Below are positions 36,648 to 45,464 of a stretch of 64,000 nt of DNA, one piece after another. Within the stretch, counting starts at the first letter, position 1; each line of letters starts with the position of its first letter. This stretch comes from a virus. Below the pieces are notes generated by a model. That model was not told where the DNA came from. It searched no databases and saw only the letters and a list, made by a program, of their open reading frames with translations. The stretch lies in IMG/VR virus record IMGVR_UViG_3300005337_000019, positions 18,991 through 82,990 of that record; one strand, written 5' to 3'. The position numbers and the translations under genes are program-made.

Positions 36648-39600
36648 GCGATCTACGCGAAATCAAAGGGGACGAGACCGAAAGCGACCGCGCCAAACGC
36701 GAGCGTGAGATCGAGCGCGGCGCGACTGTTCTGAACGAACAGATCGAGCGTCGGCGGGCGACTGGATCAACGCCGGAAGTCATCTCGCGCGGCCCGTTCA
36801 CCGTTCCGAACCGGCCATACATCCCCGGCGCAGGTCCGCCGGCAGCGGCGCCGACCGAGCGGACGTTCCTCGATCCGCGCGAGTACACGACGACGATGAG
36901 CGCGGCCGGGCTGCCCATCGACATCGCGCTCGGGCGATGCCTTCAGCCGCAGACGAAGCTGATTTACGAGGAGTCGTGGGCGAATTCCACGGTTCTCACG
37001 TGGATCGTGTCGCTGTGCGAGGGCCCCATTCAGTCGGTGCAGCCGATCGCCGACAACAAGCCGCTGCGGATGGCCTCCGGCAGCTTCACGAACCCCAACG
37101 GCACGCTGTTCGTCGACGACACGGGCTTCATTCGCGTCTACGTCTACGACGGCTCGCAGACCTCGATCGCATCGTCGGGGCTCGGCACGTACGACGCGCT
37201 CGCCGCGGCCGAAGAAGTTCACACCGGGATCGCGCTGGCCGTCGTGTTCATCACCTTCGACAACGACAAGATGAACACGGCACCGACGATGACGTGGGTG
37301 CTCGAGGGTTACCGTTTGTGCAAGGACCCCGTCGACGGCGTGCGGCGCTATTCGCCGTATCCGCCCGTTCACGCGCGCGAGCTGCTGACGAACACGACGT
37401 GGGGCATTCAACTGCCCGACGACGCGCAACATCTCGACGACCACCTCACGAACCTCGGCGGCTGGGGCCGCGCGCGTAATGACTGCGCGGTCGCGATTTT
37501 CCCGCCGACGCCGTCCAACGCTCCAACGGCCGCGATCACGGGATCCGGCAGCATCCCGGCGGGCGGCTACTGGTACACGTTCACCAGCGTAACGGGCGAT
37601 GGCGTGGAAACGCTCGAGTCGCCGCTCTCGGCGCAGGTCACGGTGGCGGCCGGTCCATCAAAGCAGATCACGGTGACCGTGCCCGCCGGCGGCGCCGGTA
37701 CAGCGAAGCGGAACGTCTATCGCAACGCGACGATCGGCGTACAGACGCCCCGATATCTCGTCGGCACCATCAGCAGCAACACCGCCGGCGCGACCCTCGT
37801 CGACAACACGGACAACACGACATTGCTCGGCCAGGGCGTCACGGCGCCCACCGTCGCGCCGCGCCCGGAGCGGTACATCGCCGGAATCCTCATCTCCCGG
37901 CAGGCTAACGGACAGGACTGGCTCGACACGATCCTTGCGCACTTCGCCGGCAAGATGACAATGGACAACGGCCGCTATCAGTGCCGCGTGGATCAAAAGC
38001 TCGACGCCGGCTACACGAAGATGGTCCTCCGGGATGAGATTTACGACACCGGGACGGATCTTCTGGTGGGATCGCCTGAGCTCGCGCCGGCGAACGTCGA
38101 TCCGATGAGCGTCGAGGTGTGGCGGAAGGACGAGACCGAGCTTTTCAACGTCATCACCATCAACTACCTCGATTCCAACAACAACTTTCAGTCCGCGAGC
38201 GTCACGCTGAAGCGCGACAAGGTGAAGGCCCTGCTCGAGCGGCCTCGTATCGCGACGTTTGAGCTTCCGGGATGTCCCGACAAGAACCAAGCGATGCGCC
38301 TCGCCACGCTTTACCTCAACCGGGCGTGGGACGATCTGTTGTGGCGCGTGCGCGGCGATCGCGCACTGCTGGCGCTGCAGCCGGGTCTGGACGTCGCGCA
38401 TCTGCTCATCGGTGGGCTCGTTTTCGATGGGCGCGTGCTGAAGCTCACGACGGATGGTGACGCTTTCATCGCTGAAGGTGAGGAGTACCAGGAACCGAGC
38501 TATGCCGAGCGCGTGCAGAACGAGGACTCGCCGATCGGTTCGACGATTCCTGACCCGAGCGCGACGCCGCCGAACCCGACGAACTGCGCCGTGCGCGAGG
38601 TGATGAGCGAAGGCACCGGCGGCGCCTCTGGCTACTTGCTGGTGAGCTTCACGCCTGGCAACACGCCGTATTACCGCGCGACCCGCGTGGTGGTGAACGA
38701 CGGCCTCAATACCTACGTCGCCGGCGAGATGGCCGTGGGCCCGATCCCGGTCCGTAATCCGCGTCGCGGGTATCCGCACATCATCACGCTCTACACGATC
38801 ACCGATCGCGGAACCCGCATCTCGACCGGCTTCGTGTTGGCGCCGATCACGCCGCAGCTCCTCGGCCCGGTCGTCCCGGACGTGCAGAACCTCTCGGCTC
38901 CGTTCGACACGTTCACGAACCGCGGCACGATCACCTGCACGCTGCCTCCGTATGTCGGCATCGACCACATCGAGATTTTCGACAACTACGGCAACCCCGC
39001 GGTTCCGCCCCGTCGCCACAGCGTTCCCGCGTCGACCGTGGCCGCAGGTCAGCCGATCGATCTCAAAGACATGATCCACGGCGACGGGTATACCGACGAT
39101 CTCTCCTTCAGCATCATCGTCAAGGTGGTCAACTCGTTCGGCGACAAATCGCCGGGGTTGCCGATCACGTGGAAGGTAGCGCGCAACGGCCAGGCGAGTT
39201 ACGCGGTCGGATACGACCCGCGCGATGTCACCTTCGACGGCGCGAAGATTTGGGTGAGCAACTACAACGGCGCGAACGTGTCGCGCCTCGATCGAAGCAC
39301 GACCCCCGCCACGGTCGACCTGACCGTGTCCGTTGGATCGAAGCCGTTCGGCATCCTCTACGCGAACGGCTACGTGTGGGTGGCGAACTTCGGCAGCGAC
39401 TCGATCACGAGGATGAACCCTGACGGCACTGGCGTGACGACGCTGAGCCTCACAGCCGGTGACGGGCCGATCGGCCTCGTGAAAACGGTCTCGTCTACGG
39501 GCGCGCAATCCATCGCCATCAGTTGCCACACCTCGGGCAAGGTGAAGGCGATCGATTTGTCGACGCTTTCGGTGTTGCCGTGGTCCGCGACGGTCGGCCG

Positions 39601-40147
39601 CAAGCCGTGCTTCATGTACCCAGTCACGGTGAGCGGGAAGCTCTTTCTCTACGTCTGTAACTACCTCGACAACACGCTGAGCGTGATCAATGAGGCCGGC
39701 AGCGTCATCGCCACGATTCCCGTGGGGCAGGGTCCGTTCGGCCTCACGTACGACGGCACGAACCTGTGGATCTGCAACTACGCGGATTCGACGATGTCGA
39801 TCGTGAACCCCGCGACGAACACGGTGGTCGGAACGGTGGTGCTCGGAACGCACACCGGCCCCACCGACGCGGCGTACGTGAACGGTTACGTGTGGGTGAC
39901 GGAGGCTCAGGCGCGCCAGCTCACGCGCATCAACGTGAACACGCGCACGGCAACGGCCCACACACCGCAGCCATCGTCGCCGCGGTCGATTCTGTACGAC
40001 GGCACCGATCTATGGATGCCGCTCAATCTCAACGACGCCTCGAGCACGGTGCCGGTCACCGTGACGAATCCGGGACCTGGCGGCGGAACGTCGGCACCGG
40101 TGAACTTCAAGATTCTCGGTCTCGATCCGTCACCGTTACCGTCCTAA
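36644..40147 (+). CDS. tail tip / central fibre protein (gpJ-like) with C-terminal YVTN-type beta-propeller
   Basis: SLCEGPI, FNVITINYLD..NNFQ, QAMRLA; repeated VGxxPxGIxYDGxxLWVxNY blades. Confidence 0.85.
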   Translation: MSDLREIKGDETESDRAKREREIERGATVLNEQIERRRATGSTPEVISRGPFTVPNRPYIPGAGPPAAAPTERTFLDPREYTTTMSAAGLPIDIALGRCLQPQTKLIYEESWANSTVLTWIVSLCEGPIQSVQPIADNKPLRMASGSFTNPNGTLFVDDTGFIRVYVYDGSQTSIASSGLGTYDALAAAEEVHTGIALAVVFITFDNDKMNTAPTMTWVLEGYRLCKDPVDGVRRYSPYPPVHARELLTNTTWGIQLPDDAQHLDDHLTNLGGWGRARNDCAVAIFPPTPSNAPTAAITGSGSIPAGGYWYTFTSVTGDGVETLESPLSAQVTVAAGPSKQITVTVPAGGAGTAKRNVYRNATIGVQTPRYLVGTISSNTAGATLVDNTDNTTLLGQGVTAPTVAPRPERYIAGILISRQANGQDWLDTILAHFAGKMTMDNGRYQCRVDQKLDAGYTKMVLRDEIYDTGTDLLVGSPELAPANVDPMSVEVWRKDETELFNVITINYLDSNNNFQSASVTLKRDKVKALLERPRIATFELPGCPDKNQAMRLATLYLNRAWDDLLWRVRGDRALLALQPGLDVAHLLIGGLVFDGRVLKLTTDGDAFIAEGEEYQEPSYAERVQNEDSPIGSTIPDPSATPPNPTNCAVREVMSEGTGGASGYLLVSFTPGNTPYYRATRVVVNDGLNTYVAGEMAVGPIPVRNPRRGYPHIITLYTITDRGTRISTGFVLAPITPQLLGPVVPDVQNLSAPFDTFTNRGTITCTLPPYVGIDHIEIFDNYGNPAVPPRRHSVPASTVAAGQPIDLKDMIHGDGYTDDLSFSIIVKVVNSFGDKSPGLPITWKVARNGQASYAVGYDPRDVTFDGAKIWVSNYNGANVSRLDRSTTPATVDLTVSVGSKPFGILYANGYVWVANFGSDSITRMNPDGTGVTTLSLTAGDGPIGLVKTVSSTGAQSIAISCHTSGKVKAIDLSTLSVLPWSATVGRKPCFMYPVTVSGKLFLYVCNYLDNTLSVINEAGSVIATIPVGQGPFGLTYDGTNLWICNYADSTMSIVNPATNTVVGTVVLGTHTGPTDAAYVNGYVWVTEAQARQLTRINVNTRTATAHTPQPSSPRSILYDGTDLWMPLNLNDASSTVPVTVTNPGPGGGTSAPVNFKILGLDPSPLPS

Positions 40148-40164
40148 CAAGGACCTATGTAGGT

Positions 40165-40227
40165 ACTACTTAGAACCAGAAGGGGACCAGCGGAAACTAG
40201 TTAAAACCAGTAAAAACTAGTTTTTAC
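40165..40227. repeat. helically phased ACYAG repeats ending in an 18-bp palindrome
   Basis: ACTAC/ACCAG/ACCAG/ACTAG/ACCAG/ACTAG at 40165, 40175, 40186, 40196, 40206, 40216; GTAAAAACTAGTTTTTAC at 40210-40227. Confidence 0.7.
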
Positions 40228-40240
40228 CGTCTGAAATACG

Positions 40241-43200
40241 ATGGCGACACTCAGCAGCCTCACTCCGAACAGCAAGCCGGTCGGCTCGCCGTCATTTGTT
40301 CTGACGGCCACCGGGTCGGGATTCATCCACCGCACCGGCGGCACGATCGATGACCCGACATACGCCTATCCGGATGTGATCGAGTTCAACGGCAACGAGT
40401 ATCAGATCGATCCGACCACCGCGAGCGGCAACAGCGTCAGCGCCACGATCCCCGCTTCGGAGTTGACCGTCGCCGGCACGTACAGCGTCCGGGTGATCCT
40501 CGACGACTTGACGGCGAGCAACAGTGTGTCCTTCAGCGTCACGGCGACGGTGCCGACGCTGACCAGCGTCTCGCCGACCAGCATCGCCGCCGGCGGCAGC
40601 GCGCAGATCACGTGCAACGGCACGAGCTTCACGGCCTCGAGCGTCGTACGCGTCGACGGCGTCGATCAGACGACGACGTTTGTGAGCTCGACGCAGATCA
40701 AGACGACGGGCAGCTACGCGTTCTCCGCCATCGGGAAGATTCAGACGGTCACGGTCAACACGCCGGGCGTCGGCGAGTCGGGCGGACAGTCGATCACAGT
40801 CAACAACCCAGTGCCGACGATGAGCAACATCTCGCCGGCGAGCGTGAACGTCGGCGATCCGACGTTCACCATGACCATCACCGGCACGGGCTTCAATGGA
40901 AGCACTCGCGCGGCGATCAGCGGTTCGTTCCGCGACACCGTGGTCGTGAGCTCGACGACCCTCCACGTCACGATTCTGAACACGGACCTCGGCAGCGCCG
41001 GATCCCCGGTCATCGGCGTGGTCAACCCCTCGCCTGGCGGCGCGACAATCCGCAACGATCAGGCGCCGAACATCACCGCCTTTACGATCAACAACCCCGT
41101 TCCCGTCATCGACAGCATCTCGCCGTCCTCGGTCATGTCGGGCAGCGGCGCGACGACGATCACGGTCACCGGCAGCCTATTCGTCAGCGGCACCGGTGCG
41201 AGCGTTGTGAAATGGAACGGCGTTGCGCAGACGACCACGTTCGTCAGCGGGAACCAGCTCACCTTCGCTGCCACGCAAACGATGCTGGCGCAAGCCGGCA
41301 CGGCGACGGTGACGGTGTTCAACGGCGGGCCGGGCGGCGGCACGTCGAATTCGAAGACGTTCAACATCACCGGCGGCACGCCGAACCTCAACAGCATTAC
41401 GCCGTCGACGGTGCCCGCGAACAGCACGACGGGGATCATCCTTGCCGGCAGCAACTTCTCGACCTCGTTCACCGTTCGCATCAACGGTGCGTCCGTCGCC
41501 GCGAACTGGATCAACTCGACGCGGATCGATGTGACCGTCACGCCGTCGATGGTTCCGACCGCCGGCGATTACACCGTGACCGTGACCAACAACGGCGCAG
41601 GCGGCGGCACCTCGCAGACGCGCCACCTGACGGCGACGAATCCGGCGCCGACGCTCACGTCGCTCTCGACCACCACGAAGACAGTCGGGGACGCGGCCTT
41701 CACGCTGACTCTGACCGGCACGGGCTTCATCAGCGGCGCGAGCTCGGGTACGGTCAGCGGAGCTGCGCGGACGACGACGTTCGTCAGCTCGACATCACTT
41801 CAGATCGCGATCACGGCTTCCGACCTGGCTACGGGTGGAACGCTCGCGATCGGGGTGACGAACGCCAGTCCGGGCGGTGGCTCGAGCTCGACCATCAACC
41901 TCACGGTGAATTACCCCGTTCCCACGGTCAGCAGCTTCGACAGCAATACGATCGTGATCGGATCGCCGGACACCACCGTCGTGATCAATGGCACGGGATT
42001 CGGCACCGGTTCGCAGGTGAAGATCGGCGCCACGAACCTCACCACGACTTACGTGAGCTCGATCAAGCTGCAGGCGGTGGTGCCGGCATCGTCCCTCACC
42101 ACGATCACGACGCTGAGCCTCACGGTCACGAACCCGACGCCAGGCGGCGGCACCGTGTCATGCCCGACGCTGTCGGTGGTGAATCCAGTGCCGGCCATCT
42201 CGTCGCTCTCGCCGGCGAACGTCAACGCGGGGAGCGCCGCGTTCGATCTCACGATTACCGGCACCGGCTTCCGGTCTGGTGTCTCCTCGGCCTACATCAA
42301 CGGATCGGCCCGCACGACGACCTTCAACAGTTCTACGCAGCTCACGATGGCCGTCAACGCGAACGACGTGACGGCGGCCGGCACGTTGAACGTCACGGTC
42401 GTGAACACTGGTCCGGGCGGTGGCTCGTCGGCGCCGGCGCCGTTCTATGTCGGCTCCGTCAATCCCGTGCCGACGCTCACGAGCATCAGCCCATCCACGC
42501 GGAATGCCGGTGACCCAGGCCCCGTGGTCACCGTCACCGGCACCAACTTTCTGACCTCGAGCGTGGTGCGCTGGGAAGGTGCCGATCGGCCGACGACGTA
42601 TGTCGACGCGACGCACCTGACCGTGCAACTTCAGAACGGCGACCTCGCGCTTCCCGGCACGTACAACATCACGGTATTCAATCCGGCGCCCGGCGGCGGC
42701 CTCTCTGGCGCGAACGGGTTCGTCGTCGTCGCGGTGAACCCCGCTCCGCAAGTCACGAGCGTCTCGCCGGCGTCGGCAACCACCGGCGGCGGTTCCTTCA
42801 CGCTGACGATCAACGGTGCCCAGTTCATCGCGACCTCGACCGTCCGGATTACCGATGCGGTCGGTGGCGTAACGAATCCGACGCCGACGTTCGTCAACTC
42901 GACCACCCTGACCGTAACGGTTGCCTCGTCGGCGATCGTCAACGCTGGCTCGGTCACCGTGCAGGTCACCAATCCGACGCCGGGCGGCGGTTCCGCGTCG
43001 ACGACGTTCACTGTTGGATCGGGCAACCCTGTTCCGACCATCGCCAGCATCTCGCCGACGACGGTCAACGTGGGCGCCGCGGCGACGACGCTGACCATCA
43101 ACGGGACCGGCTACATCGCCACCTCGCAGGTGAAGGCGAACGGCACGAACCTCACGACCACATTCGTGAGCTCGACGCAAGTCACGGCGACGCTCACCAC

Positions 43201-44182
43201 CACGTTCACCGGCACCGCGGGCATCGTGCAGATCACCGTGACCAACCCGGCGAGCGGCGGCGGAACGTCGAACGTGTACGCATTCAATGTGCTCAACACG
43301 ACGAATCCGGTGCCGTCCATCGACAGCCTCTCGCCCGAGCAACTTCTGCGCGGCCTGGCGACGTTCGTTCTCGCAGTCTTCGGGAAGAACTTCATTCCGT
43401 CGAGCACGGCCGCGTTCAACGGCGTGAACAAAACAACCACCTACGTCTCACCGACGCGAGTCGATGCGTCGATCCCGGCGGCCGACATCGCGCTCGCGAC
43501 GGGCGGCGTCGCGCGGGTCAACCCGAACGGTCATCCGGAGAGCCTGTCCGCGAACGCGCAGAACGTGCGCGCCTTTGCCGCCGGCAGCGCCGAAGCGCCG
43601 GCGATGACCATCGGTCCGAATGCCACGAAGACGGGCTGGCACGCCCCGGAAGAGCACACCTGGGAATGGGTTGCGAATACGATCTCGCAGATGCGTCTCG
43701 GCCCTGACGGGGTCGAAACGTCCGATCTCGCGGTGTACGGCGATCACGACGTGCACAACTCGACGGGCGCGCTGATGATCATCAACATCACGAGCACCGG
43801 GAGCAGCTACTCGAGCATCCCCACGGTCACGATCGGCGCGCCGCCGCCGGCGGGGCATCAGGCAACCGCGGTGGCGGTGCTCGACGGCGACGGCGGGGTC
43901 GATCACATCGTCATGGTCGATTCGGGCGAAGGGTATGACCCCGCGAACCCGCCGAGCGTGACGATCACCGGCGGCGGCGGCACCGGCGCCGCGGCGACGG
44001 CTGTGGTGACGAGCGGCCTCATGGCGTCGGTGGCGAATGGGTTCATCTACATCCCGACGCTGAACGGGCAACCGAACGGCGTGCCGCCGACGAAGACGGG
44101 TCTCGCGCCGATGGTGCTCGACACCTTGCACAACAAGCTATGGGTGTACCGCGGTTCGTGGAAGGGCGTGGGGCTGACCTAG
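40241..44182 (+). CDS. IPT/TIG (Ig-like) repeat fibre or adhesin protein
   Basis: about 11 repeats of NPxPxIxSISP...TITGTGF...TTFVSSTxL...VTNPxPGGG. Confidence 0.85.
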   Translation: MATLSSLTPNSKPVGSPSFVLTATGSGFIHRTGGTIDDPTYAYPDVIEFNGNEYQIDPTTASGNSVSATIPASELTVAGTYSVRVILDDLTASNSVSFSVTATVPTLTSVSPTSIAAGGSAQITCNGTSFTASSVVRVDGVDQTTTFVSSTQIKTTGSYAFSAIGKIQTVTVNTPGVGESGGQSITVNNPVPTMSNISPASVNVGDPTFTMTITGTGFNGSTRAAISGSFRDTVVVSSTTLHVTILNTDLGSAGSPVIGVVNPSPGGATIRNDQAPNITAFTINNPVPVIDSISPSSVMSGSGATTITVTGSLFVSGTGASVVKWNGVAQTTTFVSGNQLTFAATQTMLAQAGTATVTVFNGGPGGGTSNSKTFNITGGTPNLNSITPSTVPANSTTGIILAGSNFSTSFTVRINGASVAANWINSTRIDVTVTPSMVPTAGDYTVTVTNNGAGGGTSQTRHLTATNPAPTLTSLSTTTKTVGDAAFTLTLTGTGFISGASSGTVSGAARTTTFVSSTSLQIAITASDLATGGTLAIGVTNASPGGGSSSTINLTVNYPVPTVSSFDSNTIVIGSPDTTVVINGTGFGTGSQVKIGATNLTTTYVSSIKLQAVVPASSLTTITTLSLTVTNPTPGGGTVSCPTLSVVNPVPAISSLSPANVNAGSAAFDLTITGTGFRSGVSSAYINGSARTTTFNSSTQLTMAVNANDVTAAGTLNVTVVNTGPGGGSSAPAPFYVGSVNPVPTLTSISPSTRNAGDPGPVVTVTGTNFLTSSVVRWEGADRPTTYVDATHLTVQLQNGDLALPGTYNITVFNPAPGGGLSGANGFVVVAVNPAPQVTSVSPASATTGGGSFTLTINGAQFIATSTVRITDAVGGVTNPTPTFVNSTTLTVTVASSAIVNAGSVTVQVTNPTPGGGSASTTFTVGSGNPVPTIASISPTTVNVGAAATTLTINGTGYIATSQVKANGTNLTTTFVSSTQVTATLTTTFTGTAGIVQITVTNPASGGGTSNVYAFNVLNTTNPVPSIDSLSPEQLLRGLATFVLAVFGKNFIPSSTAAFNGVNKTTTYVSPTRVDASIPAADIALATGGVARVNPNGHPESLSANAQNVRAFAAGSAEAPAMTIGPNATKTGWHAPEEHTWEWVANTISQMRLGPDGVETSDLAVYGDHDVHNSTGALMIINITSTGSSYSSIPTVTIGAPPPAGHQATAVAVLDGDGGVDHIVMVDSGEGYDPANPPSVTITGGGGTGAAATAVVTSGLMASVANGFIYIPTLNGQPNGVPPTKTGLAPMVLDTLHNKLWVYRGSWKGVGLT

Positions 44183-44550
44183 CGGGCGGCGGTTGCTCTA
44201 CGCCGGATTGCATCCATCGCATGCAGGAGCATGCCCGGATGCTCGATCGTGCCGCCGAGCTCCCAACGGGAGATCGTCGCGACGCGGATCGGCTTTCCGG
44301 GAGAGCCGAGCTCGACGCCGAGCTCCTCCTGCGTCATGTGCGGATGCTTGCCGCACGTGCACGGCAGCGCCATGCGGCGGCGGCGCAACTCCTCGCCGTA
44401 GTTGATGACGCGCGCTCGCTTCGCTGAGCGCGGACGACGGCGCGATGATGCGGGGACTTGTCGCGTTTGTTTGGCAGCGAGGGGCGTCTTGGAAGGCATG
44501 CGCGTGGCTCCTCGTTTGGGCGTCTTCATTCGCTGGGGATTATACATCAC
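44179..44550 (-). CDS. XRE-family HTH regulator, candidate repressor
   Basis: YGEELRRRR...MTQEELGVELG...ATISRWELG; divergent from the 44580-44655 promoters. Confidence 0.75.
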   Translation of the reverse strand: MMYNPQRMKTPKRGATRMPSKTPLAAKQTRQVPASSRRRPRSAKRARVINYGEELRRRRMALPCTCGKHPHMTQEELGVELGSPGKPIRVATISRWELGGTIEHPGMLLHAMDAIRRRATAAR

Positions 44551-44579
44551 GCCGAATCTACGCTATGTAGCTTGTGGCG

Positions 44580-44602
44580 GCATTACTCGTGACGTAGAAT
44601 GA
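44580..44602 (+). promoter_or_regulatory. class II promoter/operator motif (degenerate copy)
   Basis: GCATTACTCGTGACGTAGAATGA. Confidence 0.6.
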
Positions 44603-44620
44603 CGCCGCGCGAAGAACCTC

Positions 44621-44655
44621 TTGACATGCTGACCGGTAAGCATTACATTGGATTC
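44621..44655 (+). promoter_or_regulatory. class I promoter-operator cassette, copy 5
   Basis: TTGACA 44621, ATGCTGACCGGTAAGCAT 44626-44643, TACATT 44644-44649, ATG 44656. Confidence 0.85.
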
Positions 44656-45174
44656 ATGCAAACCGACACTTTCACGCTTCCCGCTGTCACCGACGTTGCC
44701 GACTTGCTCCCCGTCAAGGTCCAGCGCCGCTATCGGTGGATCATCGCCGACGCCGCTTCTGCCGAGCGTGCCGCGCAACACGCCGCCGACTTCAACCGCC
44801 GTCCGGTTTTCGTGATCGCCGAGAAGGTGTGGACGCCGTACGGCGAGCCGACCATGTTCGTCATGGCCGACCAACTGGACGCCGAGGAGTACGCCGCGCT
44901 GGTGAGTGGCGTTGGCCGCGTGACGATGTACACGCCGGCGGCCGGACTCAACGAGCGGTGGTGCGCGCGGTGTTTCCAGATCGTCGTCAGTTCCACCATG
45001 GGCGGACAACCGGTTGACGTTGTGACCTACCCGTCTCGGAACAGTGACGCTGCGCCATTCGCGCAGCACTGGAGCAAGAGCACGTACCACACCGCCGATA
45101 ACTGCGCTGCGTGGGAGGCGTTCTTCGCGCGCGAGCATCGGGCCGCGACGATCACCTACGACGGTGCTGAATGA
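44656..45174 (+). CDS. hypothetical protein, probably leaderless
   Basis: ATG 6 nt after the -10 box. Confidence 0.7.
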   Translation: MQTDTFTLPAVTDVADLLPVKVQRRYRWIIADAASAERAAQHAADFNRRPVFVIAEKVWTPYGEPTMFVMADQLDAEEYAALVSGVGRVTMYTPAAGLNERWCARCFQIVVSSTMGGQPVDVVTYPSRNSDAAPFAQHWSKSTYHTADNCAAWEAFFAREHRAATITYDGAE

Positions 45175-45449
45175 CGCTCGATTACGAAGAGTGGTGCCGC
45201 GCGGGCGATCCGGTGCCCTTCATCTGTTCGGACTGCGGCGCCGCGTTCGATCCGGACGACAACGCAGAGATCGAAGCGCACCGGGACGAGCACTGGATCG
45301 AGTTTCTACGCGCGCAGTGCCCGATTCCTGACGAGATAGGGGCGCTTGAACGCCTTGTGCAACGCCACGGCTATGACCACGGTTTGAAGATTGCCGGCAT
45401 TCGCGAGTGGCCGCCAACTTCTATAGAGGAAGAGGAAGATCCATTCTGA
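45171..45449 (+). CDS. small C2H2-like zinc finger protein
   Basis: FICSDCGAAF...HRDEH. Confidence 0.6.
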   Translation: MTLDYEEWCRAGDPVPFICSDCGAAFDPDDNAEIEAHRDEHWIEFLRAQCPIPDEIGALERLVQRHGYDHGLKIAGIREWPPTSIEEEEDPF

Positions 45450-45464
45450 ACGAGGAGGAAATTC

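Noticed and set aside
29155-39961. Very long minus-strand ORFs (29155..31401, 31693..34131, 37658..39961 and similar)
   Set aside because: Antisense shadows of GC3-biased plus-strand genes, with no recognisable motifs.
40241-44182. Diversity-generating retroelement or invertible fibre cassette
   Set aside because: No reverse transcriptase, invertase or adenine-specific TR/VR pair seen; the repeats are ordinary diverged Ig-like domains.
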